A stretch of 64,000 bases of DNA. Origin: Octopus sinensis. Lineage: Eukaryota. Under the pieces are notes generated by a model. It was given only the letters and a program-made list of their open reading frames with translations, made no database searches and was not told the DNA's origin. Where the stretch lies: NCBI RefSeq assembly GCF_006345805.1, contig NC_043017.1, forward strand, positions 25,172,001-25,236,000, given 5' to 3'. Made by a program: the position numbers and the translations under genes. Below are positions 1 through 14,400 of this stretch, piece after piece (position 1 is the first letter of the stretch; the number at the start of each line of letters is the position of its first letter).

Positions 1-56
1 TATGCACACACAATTATATTTCAAGACATTAGGGGACAGAAGCAAAGCAGGCTTAC

Positions 57-1656
57 TTGGATTGTGTACGGGAGTCCCGGCTTGAAGAAAGTCTGAGAAT
101 CGGTCAAATCGAATTTGTATGGGGACGAAACAAATTTCGCTGACTCGTCCGTTTTAGTTTCAGTGATTGCCGAATCTTTCTCTATAACATTAGCAACGAC
201 CTTGAAAACTGTCCCCAGGGGCACTGGTTCCTTTGGTAAGGTAATGGTGGTGGTTGTTCTCCCATGCAACAGCTACAATGAAAATTAATGAGGTTAACGT
301 TTAATTCAAAATCATACACAACAGATGGTGCTCCAGCATGGCTGAAACCAGTAGAAGAGAAAAAAAAAGGAAATAGCTCCAGCAGTACATATTCTAGAAT
401 TGAAATGGCACAGAGAAGATTAGCATGGCCCCTGCACAAAGATGGCATACGAATTCCTGAAGCGTTCTATATTTATTTAGGGGTAGGTGTGGTTGTGTGG
501 TAAGAAAGTTGCTTCCAAACAATATGGTTCTTGGTTCAGTCCTGCCACATGACATCTTGGGCAAATGATTTCTACTATAGTCTCAGGCCAACCAAAGCTT
601 TGTGAGTGGATTTGGCAGATAAAAACTGAAAGAAGACCATCATACATATATATATGTATGTGTGGAGCTGCAATGGCCCAGTGGTTAGGCGTTGTGGGTG
701 TTTATTGAGCAAAAACACCTAAAGCTCCATGAGACTCCGGCAGGGGGTGGTGGCGATCCCTGCTGTACTCTTTCGCTACAACTTTCTCTCACTCTTTCTT
801 CTGTTGGCCTGCTCGCTTAGCCAGTGGGGTGGCGTCATTTGAAGGCTAAAACAATGCGAAGCGCATTGTGACCAGCGATGTGTAGCAACATCTGATAGCC
901 TGGTCGGTCATGGTGATCACGGTGATATATATATATATAGCAAAAATACAAAATGGTACAAGAACGCAAAACAACCGGACAGTAAGGTGATACAAAAATG
1001 GGGCAACAAAACATCCAGATAGACGATACAAAGAAAACAAGGACGGGTCATTCGAAGTTTTTTTTCCTCAGTCAAGTATCAAATTATCTTCACAATTTCG
1101 GCTGATTATACTTGAGATTGCTCCAATCTGACCAGCCCCAAGGAAAAACTATATATATATGTGTGTGTGTGTTGTGTGTGTGTGTGTGTGTGTGTGTCCT
1201 CCCACCAATGCTTGACAACCGATACTGGTGTGTTTACGTCCCTGTTACTTAGCGGTTCAGCAAAAGAGGGCAATATTTATTTATAAATACGAGGCTTACA
1301 AAGAATTAGTATGTGGACTGTTTCTTAACATAATGTGTGCACATAACAGAAATAAACGATGCATTACCTGTCGTTTTAGTTCACATCCCTCCGTGATATT
1401 CGATCCATACGTACACTTCAGTGTCACTTCACCATGAACATATTTTCCATAGAGGTACCTGTGAAGAAAATACGCATGATAATGATGATGATGATTTCAA
1501 GTTTTGGCACAAGGCCAGCAACTTCGGGGGAGGGGGTAAGTCGATTATGTCAACCCCAGTGATCAAGTGGTACTTATTTTATCGACCTCGCCCCCTAGAG
1601 GATGAAAGGTAAAGTCAACCTCAGCGGAATTTGAACTCAGAATGGAAAGATACCAC

Positions 1657-1698
<42 letters not shown>

Positions 1699-1729
1699 AA
1701 ATAATAATAATAATAATAATAATAATGAA

Positions 1730-1764
<35 letters not shown>

Positions 1765-1900
1765 AAATAATAATAATAATGAAAATAATAATGAAAATAA
1801 TAATAATAATGAAAATAATAATGAAAATAATAATAATAATAATAATAATAATGAAGATAATAATAATAATAATAATGAAAATAATAATAATAATAATGAA

Positions 1901-1932
<32 letters not shown>

Positions 1933-2355
1933 AATTAATAATAATAATAATAATAATGAAATTAATAATAATAATAATAATAATATAATAATAATGAAAT
2001 TAATAATAATAATAATAATAATAATAACAATAATGAAACTAATTTTAATAACATATGCATGTACACACACACACACACTGCTACTGCCATTATGCATGCC
2101 ACACACAGATGTGAATTACCTCTATGTGGTCACTCAACATGCTAGAAATAGCAGGTAACTGTCTCTCTGATCAACTTCCTACTGTCTTAAAAAAGAGGCA
2201 CTTTTTCAGTTCCTTGCAAATGGGAAAAGATGAGATGGTCATAGTTAGAATGCCTTTGATTGTGTCTCTGCTTGATCAGGACTCACCAAGAGTTAAACAA
2301 CGACATCAATAACAACAAATGCATACTCACACACACACAGCTAGATAGATATATT

Positions 2356-2409
<54 letters not shown>

Positions 2410-5400
2410 GAGCACCTTGTTTCCCTGGGCATGGATTCACTGAAGCTCCGGCATCTGGCGATGGACTTGGTAAACACCCACAAAGTTATCAACCACCTCA
2501 CCAACAACAACACTGAACACCTTTTTGATCTCCATGTGTCCAACACACGTGGACATGCCTACAAAGTCAGAAAACAGCACAGCTCCCATGACTTTCGGAA
2601 ACATTTTTTCACGCTCAGAGTTGCTGAAGCATGGAACAAACTACCTGCGTCAGTTGTTGACTGCCATGACACTGCATCCTTTAAGGCCCTCATGCTTTCC
2701 GAAATCCGCCGAAACTACACCTGATTGTCCCCCTTCCATACTCATACACATATGTGTATGTCATGACTCATGCACTGTTCTTTTCCTGATGCTTGTACAT
2801 TACCCTATGTACTATACACACACTTTAGATGAGTTGTAGTGCACCTGAGCACTGTACACAATGTTTTATTATTATTATTATATATATATGAGAATTTGTT
2901 TGGGGATTTGAAAATGCACCTGAAAAACGTGTAGTCATTTTTAAATAGATTTATTCACATACCAAACAAGTTTTGACAATTTTTTGTTTATCAATGGTAC
3001 AAATATATATTAAAAATGGTTTTAGAAGAGTTTAAAGTTACAAGGTAAAAATTGGACAAACAATGTTTAACCCATCAAGGGTTCAAATGTTCACAGAAAT
3101 TTCAGTGAGTTTCACAAGGGTCGATAGTAATATCAGTGTAAATGCTTGGCAAAGATTATAACAAATGTACATTATTGAAAGTTCAGTCATGTTGATTTTT
3201 TATAACATAAGTAGAGAAAGGCGCAGGAGTGGCTGTGTGGTAAGTAGGTTGCTTACCAACCACATGGTTCTGGGTTCAGTCCTACAGCGTGGCACCTTGG
3301 GCAAGTGTCTTCTACTATAGCCTCGGGCCGACCAAGCCTTGTGAGTGAATTTGGTAGACGGAAACTGAAAGAAGCCCATCGTATATATGTATATATATAT
3401 ATGTATGTGTTTGTGTGTCTGTGTTTGTCCACCTAGCATTGCTTGACAACCGATGCTGGTGTGTTTACGTCCCTGTAACTTAGCGGTTCGGCAAAAGAGA
3501 CCGATAGAATAAGTACTGGGCTTACAAAGAATAAGTCCTGGGGTCGATTTGCTCGACTAAAGGCGGTGCTACAGCATGGCCGCAGTCAAATGACTGAAAC
3601 AAGTAAAAGAGTAAAGAGAGAGTAAAGGAGAAAAATAAGAAGAGAGAAAGAAAAATTTTTTTACAATTTCTGTCGCGGTGCATGAGGTTCTTTTGTACAG
3701 TTTCAGTCTTTGTACACTGGTCTCTTCACCTTTCACTGCTTGCTTGAATTGGTGAAAGGTGAAGAGACCTTTTTGAATAGGAAATATTTGAAGTTAATTT
3801 ACCTTGCGTTTGTTACGATGACAACCTTCTTTGTACTCTTCAGAATAAATTGGGGACGTACAGTGATAGTGACTTCAAACACTGGTAACACTGAGTAAGT
3901 AAAGCAAACAATAGATTTCAGTGAAGAGATCAAATGCTGATCACATCATCTCAGGCAAAAATTACACGATGATTAAAATGAAATGAAAAACTGAATGACT
4001 AATTAGAGTGAAGCAAGAAGCTGAATCAGTAATTATAGCCACTCAGGAACAAGTTATTAGAATGAACTTGATAAAAACAAACAATGATAAAACTGACTTG
4101 GAGAACAAACACAGAATATGTGGAAAAGAAGATGAAAGTATTAACTGTCTCTTAAGAGAAAGCAGTAAGCTAGCACAAAAAGAGTATAAGCACAGACGTG
4201 ATTGTGCAGTAAAAGAGTGCATTTGGATGTTAACCAAATTTGTGGATTCAGAATGGCAGAAAAATGGTACGAACATAAATAAACCCAAAATTGTGATGAA
4301 GAATGATAGAAGTATTGCCAGAAAAACTGGTCTAAAACTAGCATGAAAGTCCTCATACTGGTTTGATGAGGAAACTTGGACAAGATCTCCAACATTTCCA
4401 GCCATATATAATTTCCATATAGTACCCAACTGAATGTAATGACGAAAGGTAAAAGACCCTGGTGCTACACATGTGGTGGCACCAGCAATCTGGGTTCTGT
4501 TTACTCACAACAGAAACCAAGACAATATGGACTCACACTGCTACCTACACTGCAATCACAGCCACATTTTGTATTTAGTATCTTCCTCGATGGCCTGCAT
4601 TGCTCTGAACAGAAAAATTGTAATGTGGCAAAAACTATAACAGAGATACAGTTGGTGGTGAATATTTGTGTGAAAGGGAAATCACCTGCTTTCAATGGTT
4701 TGCACTATTAGCTTTATGGAGACATGGTAAATTTGTTTGCCTTCTCTTGGCAGATATCTTATATATAACTGGCAGTTGACTGGGAACATTCCTAGCTAGC
4801 TATGTTAGCAAGGAAATGGTAGCACTGCTGAGGAAAGACACAAACAAGAAGGACATCATCAAACATTTCTGGTACCTAACTCTGCTAAAAGCAAAGTTTA
4901 AGATTTCCTTTAATAACTGAGAAGGAAAACAAATGCCTAGTGGGAATTGTTAGGTACTTTTAAATGTAAAAGAAGATAGCTTCAAGATATTCGAATCTAG
5001 ATTCTCAGTTAAACTAACATTCTTAGGAGAAGACAGAAAATCTGATCTGTGTTTTGGAGATGAAGGAAAGCTATGGATATGTGTTTCAACCTCAATTTGG
5101 TTTCATTAGCAAGGCATTGTCCTCACTCAGTCTTAGATAATTAAGTGTTGGATGGAACTTATACTCACCTCCTTATGAGAGCTCAAAATCTCTCGTGGAA
5201 GCGTCATCCAACCAAAATGCAAATATATGGGAAACTACCACCTGTGTCATCTCTTGTGAAAGGTAGGAGAGTCCAGTTTGCTGGACATTGTTGTAGAGCT
5301 GAAAATGAGGCAATTTCTACTCTTCTCCTCTGGAAGCCATCTACTCGCGATACCAGAGGGCGCACACTCTCCTACCCTGATGTAATCTCCAGGGATACAG

Positions 5401-8400
5401 GCATCCAGCAACAGGACCTCCGTAATGCTATGATGGACCGTGAAGTCTGGCGTAGCATGGTAAATTCCATTGTCTCGACCACGGTCGAACAATGATGATG
5501 ATGATGTATGTACAAAAAGTTTACTACATTCTTAGGAAAAGGGGGTTTGCGTCTCACCAGTGCTGGTGCCATGTGAAAAGCAACCAGTCTGCTCTGTAGA
5601 GTGGTTGGTCTTAGGAAGGACATCTAGCTGTGAAAACCAAATCAAACCTTGCCAGTGTTGGTTCCACGTAAAATGCACTCAATCCACTCCACAGAGTGAT
5701 TAGTGCTAGTAAGGGCATCCAGCTGTAAAAACTGTGCCACAACAGACCTCGCCAGAGCTAGTGTCGCATAAAAAGCACCCAGTCTACTGTGTAAAGTGGT
5801 TAGCATTAGGAAGGGCATCCAGCAATAAAAACCAAGTCAAAACAGACAGTGGACCTTGGTGCAGTCCTCTGGGTTGCCAGTTCCTGTTAAACTGCCCAAC
5901 CCATGACAGCATGGAAAATGGACATTAAATGATGATGATGATGATGCCAATGGTGTGTGTATGTGTGTGTGTTACTTCAGTTTCATAAGCAATACATATA
6001 ATGCATAAAACATGAGTCTCTGCTATCAAACACTTGCACACACACAACTTACACATAGATACACATACTAAAATACTTGAGCACACACACATCCACACAT
6101 CAGTGTCGATGTCAATAAAATAAGAACAAGTATTTTTTAATCAAAAGCTTCAAATGCTGGAACTGAAACGGTTAGGTTTCTTACCGTATTTCTGCACAGC
6201 AAACTTTACTTCTGCTCGGGTCTTCAGCTGAAATTTTAGAAATAACACTGCACTAAACTTTAACTGTAGAAGTGATTGCATTTCATCAGACATTCACTAA
6301 TAAATGATTCAAAATGCTATCTTTTTCTTAACAGATTGAGAAAAGAAAATTTTTTTTTAAATCTTTGTATTTATTGTATAGGCACAGGCATGGATGTGCG
6401 GTAAGATGTTTGCTTCATAACCATATGGTTCAGGGTTCAGTCCCACTGCATGGTACCTCAGGAAAATGTCTTCTACTATAGCCTGAGGCCAACCAAAGCC
6501 TTGTGAATGGATTTGGTTGACGGAAACTGAAAGACGCCCATTGTATGTAATGTATGTATGTATGTATGTATGTATGTATGTATGTATGTATGCATGCAAA
6601 AAAAGAAAGGAAAAATGCATGGCATGGTTGTGTGGTAAGAAGTTTAATTCCCAACCACATGGTTCTGGGTTCAGTCCCACTGCATGGCACCTTGGTCAAG
6701 TGTCTTCTACTATAGTCTCAGGCCGACCAAAGTGGATTTGGTAGACAGAAACTGAAAGAAGCCTGTTATGTGTGTGTGTGCATATATTTATGTGTATGTG
6801 TCTACATCGCTTGAAAACCAATGTTTGTGTGTTTATGTCCCCATAATTTAGTGGTTCAGCAAAAAGAAACCGATAGAATAAATACTGGCCTTACAAAGAA
6901 TAAACCCTGGGGTTAATTTCAATTAAACCCCATTTAAGGCAGTGCTCCAGCATGGCCGCAGTCAAATGACTGAGGTAAATAAAAGAAAACAAAAGCCTCA
7001 AATAATCTTACCCCGTTTGAATATTCTGCCAAAACCGTCCAGTTCCCAATAGGGGGCTGCCTTGTGAGTTCATATGATGCATTAATGAATGGACTGTCAC
7101 CTGGGAATTTGCACGAATATAGAATCAACTTGCTTGGATTCTGCAAATATATAAATAAAAGTAAAATAGAAAAACATGAAACTTTCTGAAAGGTTTGAGA
7201 GGAATGTGTGTGTCATAGAGGGAAAGAAGAGAGAATGGAAATTATGGTCAGCACTGCATTGGTGGATATAATTTCTTTATTTGTGTGTTAAGGCTACCAT
7301 TGGTTTGGTTTCATGTGAAGAAAAATAAACGCCCACAAAGTTGTCAACCACCTCACCAACAACAACACTGAACACCTTTTTGATCTCTATGTGTCTAACA
7401 CACGTGGACATGCCTACAAAGTCAGAAAACAACACAGCTCCCATGACTTTCGGAAACATTTCTTCATGCTCAGAGTTGCTGAAGCATGGAATAAACTGCC
7501 TGCGTCAGTTGTTGACTGCCATGACACTGCATCCTTTAAGGCCCTCATGCTTTCCGAAATCCGTCGAAACTACACCTGATTATATATGCACTTTAGATGA
7601 GTTGTAGTGCACCTGAGCACTGTACACAATGTTTATTATTATTATTATTATTTTATGTTAACATTTAAAAAATTTTTCAAGCTGATCCAAAATGGAAGTA
7701 AACACCATTCCTCTTTGTGATCGACTTGAAAAACTGTTTAGATATTAAAATATTTTTCTTAACATGAAACCAAAGGTAGCCTTAATACACAAATATATAT
7801 GTATATACCACCACACACACTCAGATTTATATGCACAAGTGCATGTGTGTATGTGTCTGAGTATAGATATTTGAGAGTAAAGAAACTAAGCAGAACTTAC
7901 TTGGATACTAAATGATACTGGAAATTTTGTTGGTAACATATCTTCATTGAGAGTAACAATCCGAATTCTGACTGTTGGAAAAGAGAAACTACTTTGAATT
8001 CTTTAAAATCTCAAGATGTGAATGTAATGTTCAACAATATAATAACATCACCCCTTGATATATATAACAGCTATTAAAAACGGTTTAGAATTTTGGCAGA
8101 AGACCATCACTTTTATTTTAGGGAGAGAGGATTGGTTGATTACACCAACTCCTGTACTTCACTGCTACTTTATTTTATCAACCCTGGAATGGTGAAAAGG
8201 CAAAGTTGACCTGTGGCAGAATTTGAGTCAACAATGTAAAGAGTCAGAAGAAATATGGTTAAGCATCTGTCTAACATGCTCACAATTCTACCAGCTTGCT
8301 ACTTTAATAGTTGCTAATAGTAATTATTTCTACTCTAGGCACAAGGCATTGAAAAGTTTTGGGGGAAGGGGGCTAGTCAATTACATTGACCCCAGTGCAT

Positions 8401-11400
8401 AACTGGTACTTATTTCAACGACCCCGAATGGGTGAAAGGCAAAGCTGACCTCGGTGGAACTTGGACTTAGAACATCATGGCAGACGAAATACTGCTAAGT
8501 ATTTTGCCCAGTGTGCCTTACAATTGCTAATAATAATAATACTAATAATAATACTAATAATAATAATCCTTTCTACTACTGTAAGGACAAGATGGAGTGC
8601 TCCATTAACTGCTCTATATTTTCATTCATTCATTCACACCATACATTCACCCATAAATATATGCATTATTTGCTCACCTGTCTGCCCTGGGTTATAAATT
8701 GGCTTTGAAGTTTGGATGAAAATATGGCCACTCTTCATTGAGACCGGAATCTCTTTTTTCTCAGAAAACCCCTTTGAAGTGACTGATAGCACGACAGAAT
8801 GCTCTTCTTCGCCAGTATCAGAGGACGATCCCAAACGATTTAAGAGGTCGGAGTGCTTGACCGTTATTTGCACGTATCTTGGAGAAGCTGAAAATAGAAA
8901 AATGACAGGATTTTCTTGTACTAATATATCAATTCCTAACACACACACACGCACACACACACATGTACACACACATACATATAAATATATAAGAAGAATA
9001 CAAGTGGGATTCAAAACTCTTGGCAGTACTTTATTGATGCATTCTTAAATTATCATCATCATCATTGTTTAACGTCCGTTTTCCGTGCTAGCACGGGTTG
9101 GACGGTTCGACTGGGGTCTGGGAAGCCAGGGGCTGCACCAGGCTCCAGTCTGATCTGGCAGTGTTTCTACAGCTGGATGCCCTTCCTAATGCCAACCACT
9201 CCGTGAGTGTAGTGGGTGCTTTTTACGTGCCACCTGCACAGGTGCCAGGGGAGTCCAGCATTGGCTACGATCGGTTGGTGCTTTTAACGTGCCACCGGCA
9301 CGGAAGCCATAGCAAAAAGCCTGCCATCATCAGGTAAACTTTAAACACATAAACAGGTGAAGTAGAAGCCGAAAATGACCAGTTCACCAACTACCATGGT
9401 AAAACAAGTGGCATACTACATGTTCATATTCTTGGCATCCTACATGTTATATACCTAGATTCTAATGAATCCAGTATATATGCGTGTGTTTGTGTGTGTG
9501 TGTGTGCGTGTATGTGTGTGTATTAACATTATCATCATCATCGTTTAACATCCGCTTTCCATGCTGGCATGGGTTGGACAGTTTGACTGAGGACTGGCAA
9601 GCCAGGAGGCTGCACCAAGCTCCAATATGATTTGGCAAGTTTTCTAACATGCGCCTTCATTATATCTATATATGTCTACTTATGTATTTGTGCCTCCTTG
9701 TCTTGTCACTATATGGTAGTTGTAAACATGTCCTCATCATCATATAAGTGAGGGTCATTCTTTTTCAATCTTCTATCAAAACATGTCCAACCATGGGGAA
9801 ATATTTACTTTGCTTGGCCACAAGTGAGGTTTTTGCGATAGGAAGGGCATCTGGCCATAGAAAGTCTGCACCAATGAATTCCATCAGACCCATGCATGCA
9901 TGGAAGAGTGGACGTTAAAGCAATCATGATCACACCACAAACAGACAAGGTTAGACAAGTAACCAAATGATAGATGTGAATTAAAAAAAAAAAGAGAAGC
10001 AAGAACTGGGATTGATTAACTCCAAGTGGTGCTCCAGCATGGCCACAATCCAATTACTGAAACAAGTGAAAGACAAGTTAAGTTAAGTTAAGTTGATTTT
10101 TTTTTGGCTCAAAAAGCAAAAGCAAGGCCATGTAGGAGGACATGGAGTTATGTACATGGAGGGTGTTCATGCAAAGAGTTCAGGCCATTTCTGGTCAAGA
10201 GAGTCTTTGAACCGAGCGGTTCAAAGACAAGGAAATAAAAGGCAATAGTAATAGAAGCAGGAGTGGCTGTGTGGTAAGAAGCTTGCTTCCCAAACACATG
10301 GCTCGGGTTCAGTCCCATTGCATGGCACCTTGGGCAAGTGTCTTCTACTATAGCCTTGGGCTGACCAAAGCCTTGTGAGTGCATTTGGTAGACGGAAACT
10401 GAAAGAAGCCTGTCGTGTATATATATATGTATATATATATGTTTGTGTGTCTGTGTTTGTCCCTCATCATCGCTTGAGAACCGATGTTGGTGTGTTTATG
10501 TCCCCGTAACTTAGCGGTTTGGCAAAAGAGACCGACAGAATAAGTATTAGTCTTACAAAGAATAAATCCTGGTGTTGATTTCTTCGACTAAAAGTGGTGC
10601 TCCAGCATGGCTGCAGTCAAATGACTGAAACAAGTGAAAGAGTAAAAGAAAACTTACTTTTTGAAGCATAAATTGTATTATCATAAATGATATTTCCATG
10701 GGTGGAATGTTCCAAAGTAATCCGGAAAGCAGTCCGTGTATGAAAAGTGAAAGGGTTGACCAAGACCGTTTCTTTTTCGTTGCATCGGAATTTCTGTGGC
10801 GTCACAATGAGAACTTTCTGTTGTCTGTGGATAAGAATGGTGTTTTATCAATTATAAGTTCTTTAATACAATTAAAATAGATTCAAAGATGTAATTTAAA
10901 AAATCTCTTGAACACACAGACATTTTAATCAAAAATTATTATTCCGTACTTTTTTCTTGGTTGCGAAGTCAAGAAGCTCACTTTGCAATGACATGGTTTC
11001 AGGTTCTGTCCCACTCTATGGCACCTTGGCCAAGTGAATTCTTCTATAGCCCCAGGCCAATTAATACCTTGTGAGTAAATTTAGTAGATGAAACTTTGTG
11101 GAAGCTTGTTTTATATATATATACGAGCAAAACGACTCCCATCCAATGGACGGTGCTGAGTTGCCAAACATTTAAACCAAATTTTCTCAAAACAACTAGT
11201 CGGACCGTCCCATAGGCCTCCCCTTTGAGAAACATTGATTTAACCTAAATTTGAGACACCAGCAAAAGAAGAAATAAAGCTGTTGATCGCAACAGCTGAT
11301 GTACTTGTGCGTACAAATGCACGTTCCCATGGCTTTATCGATCGCATTCTCACCTGGAATCGATTTTTGTAATTTTTTCAAGACTTATACATGCCCTGAT

Positions 11401-14400
11401 ATCGTCGGTATCTACATATCAAATTTGAGCAATCGAATGGAGGATGCCCGAGATCCTAGAAGACACACACAGAACAGATTTTATATAATATATATATATA
11501 TCCCGGACGAGCCCATTAGTTTTAAATGGCGGTGCCCCAGCATGGCCACAGCTCATGAGCTGAAACTGGAAAAATCAAAATCAAAATCATATGCATATAT
11601 ATATATATATATTTTGTTTAGTCTTATCTCCCTGTTGCTCCCATTTCATAGCCACTTATATCGTTCCCCCTAAAATTTGACTTTCTCAGATTTTTCAAAC
11701 CTACTTTCTTGCTCTCACGATTAACAGAATCCTCTTGCTAGTTGGGGTCGTACATGGAGGCTATGGCTATGGTTCCCGCAACGAGGAGGGAACCAGGCTG
11801 CTGGAGTTCTGTGATGCAAATAATCTTATGATTTGCAACACTAACTTCAGGAAACCTACCAGCCACCTAGTCACCCACCGATCGGGCCAACATACCAGCC
11901 AAATTGACTACATCCTTGCCAGGCAAAGGGAGAGATGGCTACTTATAAATGCCAAAACCTTCCCAGGCGAAGAATGTACCCCACAACATAGACTGGTAGT
12001 TAGTGACTTTAGGATCAGGACTAGGAGGACAACCAGAAGACGACCAACATGGAGAAGAAGGATCTGGAAGCTTAAAGATCCTGCAAATGGACAGAGATTT
12101 AGGGACATGCTACTTGAAGCCTTTGACGAAGTAGAAGGGGATAGAGTATCACATGGGGTAGAGGGCAACTGGACGTTTCTAAGGGACAACCTGCTGAGAG
12201 TCACTGACCAGATCTGTGGCTGGTGCAAAGTCCCCTCTCGTCCCAAGGTAATGTAGTGGTGGAACAGTGTTGTAGACAGGGCTATTAGAGAAAAGAGACA
12301 GACTTGGAAGCACTGGAAGAATGGTGGAAGCAGGGAATTGTATCAGACTGCGAAAAGGGAAGCTAGGAGACAGGTCTATCTAGCCAGAGGGGAAGCAAAT
12401 AAGAAAAAATTTGCCAATGTTCTGTGCCGTGAGGACCAAAGACTGGAGGTGTTTCGCGTTGCAAGACAGTGTGTGAGAGAGAATTGTGATGTGGTAGGAG
12501 AGAAGTGTGTTTGCATGGAAGGTGGTTCACTTGCGCTAAACGAGGATGCAAAGAGAGAGGCTTGGAGACGCCACTATGAAAGATTGCTGAATAAAGAAAA
12601 TGAATGGGATAAAGAGAGTCTGCCGAATGGTGACCCAACAGAGGGACCAGCTATCAGGGTTGATAGTTCCTTGGTAGTTAAGGCAATTAGAAGCATGAAG
12701 ACAGGGAACGCCCCAGGCCCATCAAGTATCACTGCAGAGATGCTCAAAATATCTGGTAGTGTCGGCTATAGCCTAGTCACCTGTATAGTTAATCAGGTGA
12801 TACACGAAGGAGTCATACCCAATGACTGGTGTAGCAGCATAATAGTCAACTGCTACAAAGGTAAAGGTGATGCCCTAGATACAAATAATTACAGAGGTAT
12901 CAAGCTGTTGGATCAGGTGATGAAGGTTACAGAGAGGGTCATAAGCCAACTAATTAGAGAGAGAGTTAGTTTAGATGAGATGCAGTTTGGGTTCGTGCCA
13001 GGGAAAAGTACCACTGATGCTATATTCCTGGTAAGGCAGCTTCAGGAGAAATACCTAGCCAAAGATAAGCCCCTGTACCTGGCTTTTGTTGACATGGAGA
13101 AAGCCTTCGACAGGGTCCCCCGATCCCTCATCTGGTGGTCAATGAGGAAACTAGGGATAGATGAATGGTTAGTGAGAGCTGTGCGAGCCATGTACAGGGA
13201 CGCTGCTAGTAAGGTGAGGGTTGGCAACGAGTACAGTGAAGAATTCCGGGTAGAGGTAGGGGTCCACCAAAGCTCAGTCCTCAGCCCCCTCCTATTTATC
13301 ATAGTCCTCCAAGCAATAACGGAGGAATTCAAGACAGGATGCCCCTGGGAGCTCCTCTATGCTGATGACCTTGCTCTAATTGCTGAGTCACTATCAGAAC
13401 TGGAGGAGAAGTTTCAGGTGTGGAAGCAAGGTTTAGAATCGAAGGGCCTTAGAGTCAATCTAGCTAAAACCAAAGTCGTAATAAGTAGGAAGGTAGACAA
13501 ATCACAAACGCCTTCAGGTAGATGGCCCTGCTCGATCTGTAGAAAAGGTGTAGGTAGAAACTCTATAAGATGCACCAAGTGTAAGCTATGGACACATAAG
13601 AGGTGCAGCAATGTCATAGGAAGGCTAACTAGGAAGATGGTTTTTGTATGTGGCAGATGCTTGGGAGCATTAACATCTGAAAGTCTGCAGAAAACAACTT
13701 CCGTCACTTTCCAGGGGGTAAAACTAGAAGTAGTTGATAGCTTCCGTTATCTTGGTGACCAAGTCAGTAGTGGGGGTGGGGGTGCTGAAAATGTAACGGC
13801 TAGAGTAAGAATAGCCTGGGCAAAGTTTAGGGAGCTCTTACCTCTGCTGGTGACTAAAGGCCTCTCGCTCAGAGTAAAAGGCAGACTGTATGATGCATGT
13901 GTACGAACAGCCATGCTACATGGCAGTGAAACATGGGCCGTGACTGCTGAGGACATGCGTAAGCTCGCAAGAAATTAAGCCAGTATGCTCCGATGGATGT
14001 GTAATGTCAGTGTGCATGCTCGACAGAGTGTTAGTACCCTGAGAGAAATGTTGGACCTAAGGAGCATCAGTTGTGGTGTGCAAGAGAGACGATTGTGCTG
14101 GTATGGTCATGTGGCGAGAATGGATGAAGATAGGTGTGTGAAAATGTGCCAATCCCTAGCAGTGGAGGGAACCCGTGGAAGAGGTAGACCCAGGAAAACT
14201 TGGGATGAGGTGGTGAAGCACGACCTTCGAACTTTAGGTCTCACTGAGGAAATGACCAGCGACCGAGACCTTTGGAAATATGCTGTGCGTGAAAAGACCA
14301 GGCAGGACAAGTGAGTCCAGCCCACTTATGCATGCCTTTCCTCCCTTGGACACACAAAGACCTGTTGAGGCAAGCGAAGTCGATATCGAACCTCATCCGA

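Noticed and set aside
941-1150. Possible hammerhead ribozyme in a Penelope-like terminal repeat (minus strand CTGAGGA...GAAT)
   Set aside because: The GAAA core is broken and I could not pair stems I and II; not supportable without a covariance search.
1621-2158. Long poly-Asn, poly-Leu and poly-Ile ORFs
   Set aside because: Translations of an (AAT)n microsatellite inside a C3-like intron; no splice or codon evidence.
3200-3439. Recurrent MLGGQTQTH... and ...[19 protein letters not shown] ORFs throughout the window
   Set aside because: Chance translations of the family A/B SINE consensus, not a gene family.
6960-10660. SINE tails ending 5-20 nt from splice donors (near 7010, 10656 and also 36927)
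   Set aside because: Given the SINE density and T-rich sequence after donors, three cases are not distinguishable from chance.
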